Source of the DNA: Geosiphon pyriformis uo1
Lineage: Eukaryota; Fungi; Glomeromycota
Reading direction: 5' to 3'
DNA: 64,000 nt
NCBI GenBank assembly: GCA_016748015.1
Contig: JAAOMT010000299.1
Coordinates: forward strand, 310,001-374,000
Positions 37,801 to 51,584 of this stretch are shown here, in pieces (the stretch's first letter is position 1; every line of letters starts with the position of its first letter). A program made the position numbers and the translations under genes. Under the pieces are notes generated by a model. The model ran no database searches, had not been told where the DNA came from, and worked only from the letters and a program-made list of their open reading frames with translations.

Positions 37801-40800
37801 TCAAGAAAAGTTATTCTACACACAAAACAAGGCTTATTGTCCCATTTTTTTGGTTATTTAGATTATTCAAAGTGTTAAAAGATGTATAGATAACAATAAT
37901 ATTTGGTTGCTATTGGTCATTTTTTGTTATTGCCACAACATGCACCCATTGTTGAAAATTTTTTGTCACAATCAATGCATATTAGTTTGAGTCAACAATA
38001 ATTTGGTTGTCTTGGTAGTGTAATATTATATGGAGTATATGTTGAAATAGTGGCTTGGGATTGTTTTTCTTTTTTTTTTCCTTTTTTCTTCTTTTCTTAA
38101 ATTAAAATTGGTAATAGTTTATTGTAATTTTTGTTAATTTATGAAACTTAATAAGCTTTTCAGGTAGATTTTTCTTCTTTTTTCTCAAATTTTATTAGTA
38201 AATACATAGTGGTTAGTTTGAAATAATTACAAGTAGCAGGTACTCAAATTTGTTAACTATCTTGATTAAACTATAACTCTTGAATATTCTAGTTAAATAT
38301 AATATTGGTTTTGAACAAGCAGTTATTACCAACTAGTGTTTAATACTGTATAGCTTTCATAATGAAAATCTTAATTGGCATGATAATGCCATTAACTTCA
38401 AATAGGAAGTCATTAATTTTACCAATTAAGGTTTTTGTTGTTTTATTGACTGTAATGATTTTAGTGTTGGCAGTTTGATTAACTTGGTAACCTAATTGGT
38501 CCATAAGTTGTTATATGATAATTCTGTCTATTAAGAATTAGCTTAATAGAGTGGCCATCAACTTTGACATTAGTATACATTATAGTAATTAAGAGCAGTT
38601 CTACTAAACAGCAGTATTGTTGCTGATTTTTTTAACTTAAAGAGAAAAATGGCTGTAAGTGATTTATTTTCTGTGACAGCTGCTGGTGGAATGTTATTAG
38701 TAAGTAATTTGTGGTTGGTATCCAGATTGTTAAGTGAGTTGGTCTTAAATAGTTCTGAGAATTCAGATTTTAAATGTATCTACTTTCCAAATTTTTTGGA
38801 CATAATTTTAATAACAGATTTGATAAACTGAAGATTAGTTAATGTATGATCATTGCCAATCTTTAATTTTGTTGTGTGTATATTGTTTTTGGCCTTTGGT
38901 ATCCAATTAGTACAGTAATTTGGAATGTATTAATATTTGTTGGAGTTAATAGATAATTTATGGCTGCAGCTAATATAGTACTAATACTGGAGTCTAATAT
39001 ACTAGAAGTAAATATATTGGTTATTGTATTATTTAAAAATACTATGGCTAATATTGATTCTGATTTGGATAGTAGTCTGGAGTTTAGAACTAGTGATCAG
39101 GGTTTTGATATTGATTTTCTGATCATTGGTTATTTAACTTTAATCAACAGTCTATTCTTAAATATTTTTGTTTACTATAATGATAACAGATATATATTTC
39201 TGGTTGTTATGGTTGGTTTGTTAATAATAATGATGGGCATAATTGAGTTTGGAAATAATTAAAGTTTTCTTAATTATTATAATAGTGTAGAAGCTGATAT
39301 ATGGTTTAATTGTTAGTTAAATATCTTTTTAATTTCTGATTAATGAAATTACTAAATTGTTTTAGCTTAGAATTCAACTCAAATAATCTGTTTATTACTA
39401 GATTTATGGCTTGGACATAATTGGTTTTAAGTTTGGCCAATTTAAAATCTTAGACATGTGACTGTATTTTGGAGCATTTGTGGATATAATAGGCATACAC
39501 ATTGTAGAAAGCTATTGTACAAGCCATAAATAAATTGGTTTAGAATTTGTAACACTGTAAAGTAATTTGCATTAATTGCTTGTATTTGGTGCAGATTTCT
39601 ATAAAAACATCCCAAGTAAGTAGTAACTGCTTTTGTGTTGTTCTGCTTGATAGTAGTGAAGGCAGTTGTCAAGCAATTAATGTTGTTATTATTATTAAAA
39701 TATATTAAAAATTCAATTTTAAACACATTAAAAATTAGAAATTTGTTAATTAAACTTTAATATCACAAATTGGCAGTATTCTGTAAAAAGTATAGAATAG
39801 CTTATAGAGCTTTGTTATTATTCTATTTGTTGACTGCAATAGCTTTTGCCATATTATTTAGCCATACTTGGACATTATTTTCTTTGCCAGTAAATTTTTT
39901 TAATTTGGTAATTGATGCATATGCTATTGATATGAATTGTTGTTATTGTAGTTGTGGTTGGAGTTGTTGTTGTGGTGGAACAATTGGTACAACTGATAGA
40001 TTAATCACAATTTCTGGAGATATGTTTTGAAGAACAATAAAAGTGGAATTTGGATTGTTTAGGTTTTGTTGAATTGAAACAATTGAAGTTTGTATTTCCA
40101 AATTTTTTGAGATTGAGTGTAAATTATGAATTTCCTGATCATTGTCTTCTTTTTCTTTTGAGTCAGTTCTTTTCCAAAGACTACTGGCTCTGAAATTTGG
40201 TTGGGATGATGACAATCAAAGTCTTGATAAGATTGTTGGTTGCAATTTAAATTCTTTAAAAAAGTTATTATAAGTTCTTAATAATCTGGCTTTTTTTTTA
40301 TTGTTTTAAAATAGTATTCTGGATAATAGTGTTTTTAACATAGTTGCAGTTGATGTTATTTGAATAGTACTTTTTGGTGTATGATAATTAATAGATAAAT
40401 AGATAAAACTACTTTTGGTTTCTTTTATGTAGGCAGTTGTACTTTTTTTGGTGTTTTTGCTGGTATTTGTAATTTTTTTTTGTTGTCTGTAAAAGTAATA
40501 AAAAAATTTTGTCAGATGTGCTTTTCAATTTTTCTGTTGATTTTGGTAATTATTGGGGCAAACAAATAATTTTGTGAAAATGTAATGCTTTGAAGTAATT
40601 CACTATAAAAATTATTAAGTACTGCTTCTGAATTTTATTGGTTTTTCAAGTAAAATTTAATTTTTTTATTGATGTAAAAATTGAAAGCTGATTTTGTTGG
40701 CCAATAATTACTTGTCAATCTAAGGGGAGTTTAATAGTATTGGAATAAAACTTTTACAAATTTCAAGTGGTTGGTTCCTATTTCTTTTAATTCTGCTACT

Positions 40801-42810
40801 ATTCTAAATAATTGTTGTTGGTACTGGTTTTTTGCTAAATTATACTTTATAAAAAGCACTATTACTCATAGAAAAAGAATACAAGAAAATAGTAGGAAAA
40901 ACAGATAAGGAAAATAAACCAATAAGAGAATAGTATTTAGCATGTAAGCATATTGCTCAGCAATATGAAGCATTGTCAGAGAATCATAGCATATTGTTCA
41001 ACAATGAGCACATTGTCAGAAATTACAGGCACATTGCTCAGCAATGTAAGCATTGCTTGAGAAATCATAACATATTGCTCATGAATGTGCAGAATCTCAT
41101 ATAACATAAATTATATATATATAGCAAGAATGTTAAAAGCAGAAAAAGTAATTCCAGGAGAATTCAAGAATTTCTGAAGAATTCAATAGAGTTTTATTAA
41201 TTTAAAACAATCTTCTTTCTTTTTTATTTATTAACCCTCATTTCAAGGATAGTTGCTATCAACCAAAATGGAATTATATAAATAAAAGATCTTTTCAATT
41301 CTTTAAATTCATGTTATTGTCGTTTGTTTGAAAATATAATCACTTTTTTATTTATCAACACTTCATGTTGATAAAATTCAACACTTAACCACACTGAAAC
41401 AATAGCTTTTGATCATGGCTATTGATGGGATACTAACTTGAATTGCCTTGGCTTATTTCTAATTTCTTATTTTCTTTTTATTTTCTTTTATTTTATTTTA
41501 TTTTCTTTTGTTTGTTGACTTACTATTAATTAAAGAGATTAAACACTGAGTAATTAATGTCAAGAATAGCCTGGTAAAAGACCCAGAAATAAGGATAGAA
41601 TTATATATATTAACAGATAGCTTACCAGAAAGGCACGACTGCCAAATTAAACCAGCCATCATACTGAAGACAGAAATTAGAAAAATGACTTGGAAAATCA
41701 ACCAAAACCAACCATAGTAAATTTTTGTCCATTATACAAAAGACTCCACAACAAAACCTTTAGATAAAACAACACCTTCAGATATTACCAACAATATTAT
41801 ATCAATTGAGCACCAAGTTACGAGTTTGTTATTTGCTTTGAGACCCCAAATAATCACCTGTAACAGCACCAAATATTACAAATAATTATTTGGGGTGTTG
41901 AAACAAATAACAAATCTGTAATTTGGTGCTCAATAGTTGATGTTATTGGTAATTTTAAAGATTTTTATAATCTGAAAGTTTTGATAAAGTTTTTTGTATA
42001 ATATACAAAAATTCACTTAATGTTTTAGTACCTATTCTGGAAGTTTTTTTTATAAATTTTTTTCTCAGTATGGTGGCTGGTTTTTTTGATAAGTTATCTT
42101 TAATCTTATGAGTTCTTTACTTTTGTTTCACAGGTTTTTTATTAGGCTATTCTTGATGTTAATAACTCAGTACTTAATTTTTTTAATCAATTAATAAACA
42201 ACACAGAAATAAAACAAAAAGAAAATAAAAAAAAATAAGAAAAAAAATAAGCAATTAGTATTTGTCAATAGTCATAATTAAGAGCTATTGGTTCAGTATG
42301 ATTAAGTATTAGATTTTATCAACATGGAGTGTTAATAAAGTGGAAGTAATTAATATTTCTTAATCAAGTAATAATAATATAAATTCAGGAAATAATAGAT
42401 ATTTTATTAATATATAATTTAATTCTGCTTTAAGTTATAGAAAAACTACTTTTTTTAAAAAGAGATATATTAGATAATTAATTAATTATTGGTATCAATT
42501 CTGTTTTTTTTGCTTTTAATATTTTTGCTATATATACATAATTTTTGTTAAATAAAATCTCATATTTTTTTAAGCAATATGTCTTATTTTCTCTGATAAT
42601 ACTTTTATTGTTAAGAAATATGTTATAATTTTCTGATAATATGTTCATTGTTGAGCAGTATGCCATAATTCACTAATAATATGCATATTACTAAACAATA
42701 TATTATAATTTTCTGACATTGTGCTCACTCACTAAGTGCTATTTTTCTATTGGTTTATTTTTTTATTTGTTTTTTTTATTTTTTTTTTGGTACTTTTTTT
42801 ATGAGTAACA
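31889..42810 (-). mobile_element. Decayed full-length Ty3/Gypsy element D (possibly recombinant)
   Basis: 5' LTR 41874-42810, gag ~39100-40799, PR ~38200-38600, Cys-rich ~37340-38000, dUTPase ~36700-37097, RT-RH 34878-~36250, IN ~33480-34848, ORF3 ~32776-33450, 3' LTR 31889-~32765. Confidence 0.87.
40860..41865 (+). repeat. Solo LTR inserted in the PBS of D
   Basis: TATTACTCAT..TGTAACA with a perfect GCAC TSD (40856-40859 / 41866-41869). Confidence 0.9.
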
Positions 42811-44316
42811 GCAAATTACTTAGTTTGAATATTTTGAACTTTAAAGAGTTTTTTAATTTGTAAAAATATTTACATGAAATTTGATCAGATATTATTGAAG
42901 TGTACATAGATAGATTTTTAAATAATACTGGTTTTGCCAAGATTATTAGTGAGATTATAGCTTATTTTTCTGTTGTGAATATAAGTATTAATATTAGAAT
43001 ATATGGACTTTTGTTTTTTACTATGGCTAAATTATAGGCTATTGCTTTGTTTTTAAAATATGTTCTATTTTTTTGTATAATAGCTTTGTATCTAAATAAT
43101 TAAATTATTATTAATATGTATGTGTTTGAAATTTTGTTTGCTGTACTAGACTTTTATAATTAATATTGAGTAGAAAAAAAACATATTAGTGATTTGATTA
43201 AAAATAAAATCTTTTAATTAAATAAGTAAAAATTAAAAGTTATTTAAAGATTTTAAACAATATTAAAGCTAATATAATAACAAATAAAACTGTTTACTTT
43301 CCTATTTTTTGTCAATTAGAATGCATAAATACTCTTTATAGCTAAAAACACAGCTGTATTTGACAATACTTGTTATTTTGTTTGTAATTTGTATAGATCT
43401 ATTTGTTAAGTTTATTAGAAAACTGGTTTTGGTCATAATATAATTTCAAATGTGTTTATTAGAAAAATGAATTGGTTGGTTACTGCAAATATATAGTATT
43501 TTAATTTACATATGTTTTTTGGATTTATAAGCAGAAAATTTGTTAATTTGTATACATACTTAATAAAGACTGTATATAAACAGTTATTAATAGTAATTAG
43601 AAAAAAATTATATGACAGAACATATTTAAATATATTGTATTTGTTGTATAATAAAGTAAAACTGTTAGATTATGTTTTTATTTGTGTTAAAAATAGTAGT
43701 ATTTATAAGAAAATTTTGGCAGAAACTTTTAAATAATGAATTTTGTTGATAAGTACTTATGTTTTTTTTATGTTTGTTGTCTTGAAAACTTTTTTTATGT
43801 GTTTATTAGATATAAACTTGTATATAGTAATTTGCAAAAAATTAGTGTTAAAAAATTAGTGTATAAAGACTATTACTGCTTTTAACAAAAAAAATCAGAT
43901 TGTTTTTGTTGTTATTGAATATATTAGATAATTAATAAAAATACATTATTCAAAATTGTGGCTTGTGAAATTTAAATATAAATAAAGATAAAAAAAACTG
44001 AACTAATTAAAGATAAAAGTTTGATGTCAGACTTGTTTTATAATATGATGACTATATTATTAGATAAAATAATTTAAATACTTGGTATTATTAAGTTTTT
44101 TGTAGTTAGTTTTAGTAGATACAAACAATGTCTTTTTTTTCTGGTTTGAAATATAATATATGTATTTATATAAATATGTAGTATTGTTTTGTTTGGCCCA
44201 AGTGGCTAATTACATATAATAAAAACATAAATTATATTTAATTTAAGTTATTTAGTCTAATTTTATATGTTAGATAACAGTTGAATTATACTTGTAAAAC
44301 TTAAATAAAAAAAAAT
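42811..44316 (+). mobile_element. Decayed LINE 3' portion (RNase H, C-terminal region, 3' UTR, A tail)
   Basis: Translates EVYIDRFL.. / TMAKL*AIAL..; collinear with 51500-52950 on the minus strand; A-rich end at ~44300-44316. Confidence 0.75.
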
Positions 44317-45666
44317 AACACTATTAAAATCATATTTTAAAACAGTATAAACAATATAATTATAAATTATATACTTAAATAAATTAAGTTTTATTTATAT
44401 TTTTAATTATAATATTTTAAATTTAAACTAAATTGTTACATGATAATATTTTATATAAGTAATTAAATTTTTAATAATAATACAAGTTTTTATTTATAAA
44501 ATTCAAATTATAAACATTAATGCTTATTAATAAAATATATTACAAAATATAATACATATTATTTTTAACTTAAAATTTTTTGTACATATTAGTTTTAACA
44601 ATATATAAAGTTTTTTTTATAAAGATAAATTATATTAAAGCAATATAATTAATTTGGCATAATATAACAGACTTTATTACAGTTTTTTGCCAAAAATTAA
44701 TTAATCACAATTTTAATTAACTTAAATTTTTTATACTTAAAAAGTATAACCACTACAGTTTTTTTTGTAAAGATTTCTCTTTTATAATTAACAATAATTA
44801 TTATTAAAAATACAAAATTTTATACAAAAATCTTATTAATTTACTGCAATTTCAAAATATAAATATTATATAGTAAAATTAAGATTTTTTAATTACTTTT
44901 CAGAATATTATGTCTTTGTCAAAGTTAAGATTAATTTACTCTAATGCATAATAAATTATTATTATTTAATTTATTAATGTCTATATTGCTTATTTTTGGA
45001 AAATTTCAAACCAATTATCTTGATTTTATCTTTTAAAAGTGTTACATTATTTAAGGCTAAAGCGTTCCAATTTACTTCTTCGAATCTTTCTTGTAAGAAC
45101 CCCATGAAAAAGTTGCAAGGTTTTCAGCTGATGAGATTTATTAATACATATGACCTTAAAAACAGGAAATATATCGGTCTTGATTTGTTTTTATAGTTTG
45201 TTAAAAGATTTTCGACTAAACATAAATTAAATGTAGATCTCTATTAAAATAAGGTAGGTTTTAACAACTTGTTATCGGATGATTAGTTTGCCACTATTTG
45301 AGTGTATCCACAAAGAATCACTGGTTATCAATAATAATATATTTTAACTTTCCCAAGTCATCGAAAAACCTGTTTAAGTTCCTTTTTCTTTGTTTTGGCA
45401 TTATTATCTGGGCCAATGAAATTTCCTTCAACATCCCAATAAGAGACAAAATTTTTCAAACCATGCACAAGGAAATCAACAAATCACTTCTAGGAAAATG
45501 GATTCATGTTCAGAAATAGGAAGATTTCTCTTTACTGTTTACTCTACAAACCTTTAAAAATGCAATTAACCTTTCAAGATCATTCCTTGTAAAGTAACTT
45601 CTCTTTTGGTCGGTTCTCTTTTTAAAAACTATTCTCACTTGCGCTTGACGACCTAGTCCTTCTCTC

Positions 45667-48600
45667 ATGGCTTATCACCCGGCTGTCGAACACTGGGTAG
45701 TAGAAGCTAATAATAAACTAAAGCGTATATATTTAGAAGATAGGCGGAAAAATTTTATCACTTGGGAACATATGGATCTCATGCAAGAAATAGTTTCTGT
45801 TGGTACACCGGATAACTTATATGATGTAATGAAAGAGTTTTTAACCAGGTGCCAAAAACTAAGATATGACCAATCATTCCATACTTCACAAACAAAATTA
45901 CGCAATTTTCTTAGCGAGACAATTTTAAAATTGAAAGTATCTTCAAATTGCGTTCCAGAAATCATGCAAGAAATCGAAATTGATACATTCCCTTCCCAAC
46001 GTTGCCCTTCTATTGATCAGTACGACTGGGGTCATCAAAGATTTGCAACAAATCTGGGTGCATTCGATACTCCCTCGAGTGTACATCACGCACAAGAAAG
46101 TTCTTCATCCAGACTTTTTGGATCATCCGAACCATTCACCATGTCATCAGGGCTCAAAACCATGGTCGAAGGAAAAACCCCGATAACGTTGTATGATGAA
46201 CGGCCTTCAAATCAATTTCAGCTTTATCCATTATCAGGAAGTCCCCGTAACAATTCGCATATCTTTGCCAATAATTCTAAAACATCTCTATGGTATGCTC
46301 CAGGAAATGCTCGTCTAGAATGGTCCCCTAACCACTTGGAACATTTATCAAGGTTGGAATATTATAAAACCTTTGAGATTGCTCGCTATATGAAACCTTT
46401 TGGGAAACTCGATGGGAATCTGATTAATTGGGACGCTCTAATTAAAATTCCTCTTACCGAAATACACGACATAATGATCAACTGGTATAAAAAGTATCTA
46501 CATAAAGATCCTCAACCAATTTACAATGTGTTACCAAAGAGATCATCGAGATATATCACAAATAGCTCAAATATTAAAAGCAGCATAATTTTGTCAGCAA
46601 CTTTAGAGTGGAAAGGTCACGCACCGGCTCAGCTTACGTTAAACCCCCTAAAAAGAGGGCCCTCAAAACGAATTTTTAGAAAATACGGTGCTGACAGGTT
46701 TCTTAGTCTGAAGCTAGATGCAGATACCCAAAAGTTTGGTAAAGAAGATCGCGAAAGACTCGAAAAACTTTTGCTCACTCCAATTAACCTGATGGGCCGT
46801 ATCTTCGAGTTCTTCTATGGCAAAGAAAACACAATATTTTATTTTGCTACGAAGGGGAGAGAATTGGATTCCGTTACTATCTGTGAGCTAATCAATTGGC
46901 ATATCCCACTCGAGGAGACCAATTTGGGTTTACCTGTCTCAAAGTTCGTATCCCGAATAGCCCTTTGTTTATCTGATACAATACCGACAATTTTATTTGA
47001 GCCTCACCAAATTCGTCTGGTCTATGACGAAACTTCACCAGATGGCACGTGTATGACTGATGGATGTGGTATGATTTCCTTAGGGGCAATGGAAAGAATC
47101 GCCGAAATTTTGTCACTTAAACCAACCCCGTGCGCAATTCAAGCCCGAATCGGAGCCACTAAAGGTATCTGGTTTTTAGATCATGAAATGAAAAAATCCA
47201 GTGAAATATGGATAGAATGTCGAGAATCCCAAGTAAAATACGACATAAGCTTGGGTACAGAAAGTCGAGATTCAGATTCTAATTTAAGAACTTTAGATGT
47301 TGTCAAGGTTATAAAGTCACCTTCTTTCGCGGGAACCCTCAATGCGCAATACATAAGAGCCTTGCATTGTGGTGGAGTAAAAGAGGAAGTATTTCTCGAG
47401 TTGGTAAAAGAACAGATTGAAAATGTGAAATCACAGGTTGTCGATCGCAATGAAATGGCTGTTCTGATTAAATGGCTTGAAGGGACGGGCAATACAATGG
47501 CATTGCGTTTGAGCGAAGATCGACACGCAAAAGTTTTTGAGGATTCGTTCTCTGATGTCATATCTAATAGTTCGGAGGATTTCGCGGAAGGTCCAATCAG
47601 TTCTGGATATCCAAATAACAGATATGAACTTTGTATTCAGATGCTACAAGCTGGTTTCATCCCCAGTCAATGCCCTTATTTGGCCAAGGAGCTTACATCT
47701 ATTGTACAAATAGTTTTGAGAACCTTGACTTCTAAATATCGAATTCAGGTTCCCCTTTCACGTGTTTTAACCTGTATCGCTGATCCGACTAAAACATTAA
47801 GACCCGGTGAGATTTTCATTCAATTGGATGAACGGGCTGGGTTAGATAATCACGGCAATAGATTCGGCGTAATCGAAGGCGATGTTCTCGTTACAAGAAC
47901 ACCATGCCTGCTGCCTTCAGACATGTATAAAGCCAAGGCGGTGTTGAATCCTAAATTAATTAGATACTTCAATCTTGTAATTTTTCCGATTCAAAGTATC
48001 CCAGGGGAAGGATCACTCGCAAGTCGCTTGTCTGGTGGTGATTACGATGGGGACACTGTAAGTAAAAGTTCGAAGTTTTTCAATTTTTTTTTCAAAGCTT
48101 AGCATTTATAAACATATTTTTTTTTTAGATTTTTTGCTGTTGGGAACCTCGGATTGTCGACAGATTTCATAATAGCCCGGTCATTGAAATTCAGGAAAAT
48201 GTAAAAAAGGGTATTTCTCAAGAGAAAATTAAAGTCTCTGACATACTCAAGGGTAATGAGAATCCGAGCTTGGTTTTTCAAAGGCATTGCCTTAACATTC
48301 ACTTGAACGATCTCTCCAAGAAGCTCAATTTATTCAACCATTTCCATGATTTGTGGTCCGATTTTTATGGCCTCAACAACACTCATTCTATATATTTGGC
48401 CCAAATGTGTGGCAAGCTTGTAGATGCGACAAAACAAGGTCTATCGGTGACGGAGGAAGTTTTCCTGCAAGACCAGAACAAGCTACGTAATTGTCCGACT
48501 CCTATTTGGGTTTATGAACGTAGTTTACATAAAAAAAGAAAAAAAAACAAGGAAAAAAGCCTTGAAGTCTCTGATGAACCTCCACCAGCGAAGATCAACA

Positions 48601-49265
48601 AAAAGGGTTTTATGAACGAATTATTAAAAAATATGCGTGAACTGCTCCATGAAGTGAACTATTCGCATTTTACAGTCGCACCCAATGTCGAAAATGCTCT
48701 TGATACGGATATTACTAGGTTTCATGAACTTGAATTTGAAAAGGCTGCTCGAATAAAACGTGATACAGGGATTGGAGATTATTTAGAAGACTTGGAAAAT
48801 ATTGAAGTATCAATTCAAATCCTCGAGGAAACTTTCCGGAAGACATATTCCGGAATTCTGCAACCCCGAATTCCCGGTACTAATGTCGATTCGACTTCAT
48901 TATCAAGGAATGAAGAGATTCTTGCTGCCGATCAAGAATTTCTCCAACACTTAATTGAAAACCCTAATCCGAACACTTACCTTTCGGAAAAATTTCGTTA
49001 TATGGACCATAATATTGGTTCTCCGGATTTTAACTTTTTAATCCAGCTTAAAGCCAGCATTCTTTACACGGTTTCATTTAGTCATAGCCCGACCAAAAAG
49101 TGTTGCTGGAAGCTAGCCCTCCGTGCAATTTGTAACATTAAAACTTTGAAGCTCGGGACTTTAAAGGAGCCAAGTAGACAACATGGACCTATAGGAGGAT
49201 CTCGTACTTTTACAGAAGATGCCTGGAAAACTCATCGGTTAGATGGTCGATGGGTCAGGAATTAG
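45667..49265 (+). CDS. Eukaryotic RNAi-type RNA-dependent RNA polymerase (QDE-1-like); exons 45667-48057 and 48129-49265, ~1175 aa
   Basis: Motifs YGADRFL, KFVSRIALCLS, MTDGCGMIS, AIQARIGATKGIW, RESQVKY, VTRTPCLLPSD and catalytic LSGGDYDGD. Removing a GTAAGT..TTTTAG intron restores DYDGDT-IFCCWEPRIV, in frame with ORF 48270-49265. Confidence 0.95.
48058..48128 (+). other. 71-nt spliceosomal intron in RdRP (phase 0)
   Basis: GTAAGT donor, T-rich tract plus AG acceptor; restores both frame and conserved motif. Confidence 0.9.
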
Positions 49266-49689
49266 CAGAACAATAAGGGTCAAATACATACCACTTTTTG
49301 CTACAGTAGTTTGTTTACTTTAACGCTCCCTTTATTTTTGTAAGATAATCACTTTGAACTTATAATTTACTTTTAGCATCAGCAACTTAGTCACGTTTTC
49401 TTTTTCTATCCCATGTATATTGTCTACATTCGTTCACAAATATTTGATTGATTTAAATTCAACATTAGATTACATAAAAAAAGAACCCAATGGGTTTTAT
49501 TAATTGTATTAATATTTTATTAAGCTGACAGCTAATCTCCACTTTTAGTTGACACCAGCCTTGAACCTATACATAAAATATATATGCATTACTGGAATTG
49601 TTATAGGAGTGGATCATGCATTCTCTATACGTAACCAATCATTTGAATTTATGTTAATGTCCTAGTTTACCAGCTTTTGGTATTTTTAA

Positions 49690-51450
49690 AATTAAACTTA
49701 ATTTCAACATTAAGCAGTTTTTATAAAATTATTAATAATTAATATATTTTTATTTATTATTATTATGTATATTATTATGTATTGTATAAAAATTTTTTTT
49801 AACATAATTTTTATCCAAATTAGCCAGTCAGTTATTAAAAGTTTTAAATTAAGTTTTAAAAATAAAAGTTGGATTTATTTTATTATTAAGCTTAATTTTA
49901 TTAATTAATAACAAAAAAACTTGTATTATTAAAATATTAATAAATTTCAAATTTAACTGAAAATTAATATTAAACAACAAATTAAGTAATGACTTATTAT
50001 ATAAAAGTAAATTAACACAATAATTTTACAATAATAAACAATTTAAAAAAATATAACAAATAAAAAATAGCAGTTTTATAAATAATTTAAACTTTAATAA
50101 TATTATTAAAAATATTAACACTTTTTTTATTTAAACTACTTATTTAAATAATAATAAAAATATAAAAAAAATATAAATAAATTATGTTTAATAAGTTTTT
50201 AAATTTAAATTTAAAATAATTAATTATTAATTTTTTTTTCTTATTTTTATAATTATAATTAGAACAAAGAGTAAAAAAGTTTTAACATTATTTTTTCTAT
50301 AGTAACTAATAAAGCTTTAACAAAAAAAATTTTTTTATTATAAAAACAACTAGACAAAACATTTTAACAATATTTTTTATAAATATTAATAATAAAAAGC
50401 TATCTTTAATAGATTTTAAAACATTTTTTTATTTTTAACCAATAATTTTTTTTAATTAAAGTTTTTTTTAAAAAACACATTAAAATTAATTCCAATACTA
50501 TTTTTATTTTTTTTAAAAGCTCTAAAATTTTTAATAATAAACTAATTAATAAATTGGTTTTTTGTTTTTATTTTATAACTACTATTATTATTATTTTTAC
50601 AAATAATCAAATAAACCAAAAAATTAAAAAACAACAATAGTTATTTGTATTTATTATTATTATATTAAGTTTATTTATGATTTCAAATAAAATTTTTTTA
50701 ATAGCAATTAGTTTTTTTCTTAATATAAGTATTAACATAAATACTATATCTTTTAAAGTAAACTAAAATCAACTATTAGCTGTATTGCCAAATATAATTT
50801 CTTTTAACAGAATATTACTAATTCTAAAAACAAAACAAAACAAAATATATTTTTAAATATATTTTTAATTAATTAACTTATTAAATTATCTAATCTTAAA
50901 TATTAAACTGATTAAATAAAAACTAAATTAATTATTTTTTTTTGTTTTTTGGTATTATCTGATATTTGGTATTACTTTTAAGATTAAATTGGTTTTGATT
51001 AATTTTTTGTTTTATTTATTGTTTAACTTTGTTAAAATTAAATAAGTTTCAAAAAACAATATAAAATTGTTTTATGTAAATTTTGTTTTTAATATTTTTT
51101 TAATTGCTATTATTAAAATTGCTATTAATAATTTTTTTTAATTATATTTATAATTATAAAATTTTTTGTAATAATCTTTGTTTTTTTATTTTTGTATTTT
51201 GTAATATTTTTTTAATATATTTTTTAATAATATTAAAAATGTTTTTAGTGTTTTTAGTGTTTTTATTTTAATTAAATTTAAGTTTGTTAACTTGTGATAA
51301 TATGTTATAATTTATTTTAAAAACTTTTTTTCTGTTGTTATTATTCTTACTTATTAATTTATATTAATAAAAAACAGTATTCAAATTTTTTTTACTTAAA
51401 TAAAAAAAAATTATTATCTTAAAAAATACTTTTAAGACCAAATTAATTAA
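49690..51450. other. Extremely AT-rich decayed tract
   Basis: Abrupt loss of C/G after the RdRP 3' region; no ORFs. Confidence 0.7.
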
Positions 51451-51584
51451 TCTTTTTTATTTATTTATTTAATGAGTGAAATTCAAACATTACTTAGTAC
51501 TATATATCATACAAATGATCTAAATTAGGTGTGAATCATGTATTTTTTACACATAACCAGCCATTCAGACTAATCAGAACAACA

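Noticed and set aside
28851-43736. Many 60-100 aa ORFs rich in I/K/N/F/L
   Set aside because: Either antisense noise or fragments of decayed TE frames in AT-rich DNA.
44996-45519. Two short ORFs upstream of RdRP
   Set aside because: Non-ATG starts and no recognisable homology; more likely promoter or 5' UTR.
45667-49265. Viral RdRP, or two separate genes
   Set aside because: The motifs are of the cellular DxDGD type, and one canonical intron joins the two ORFs.
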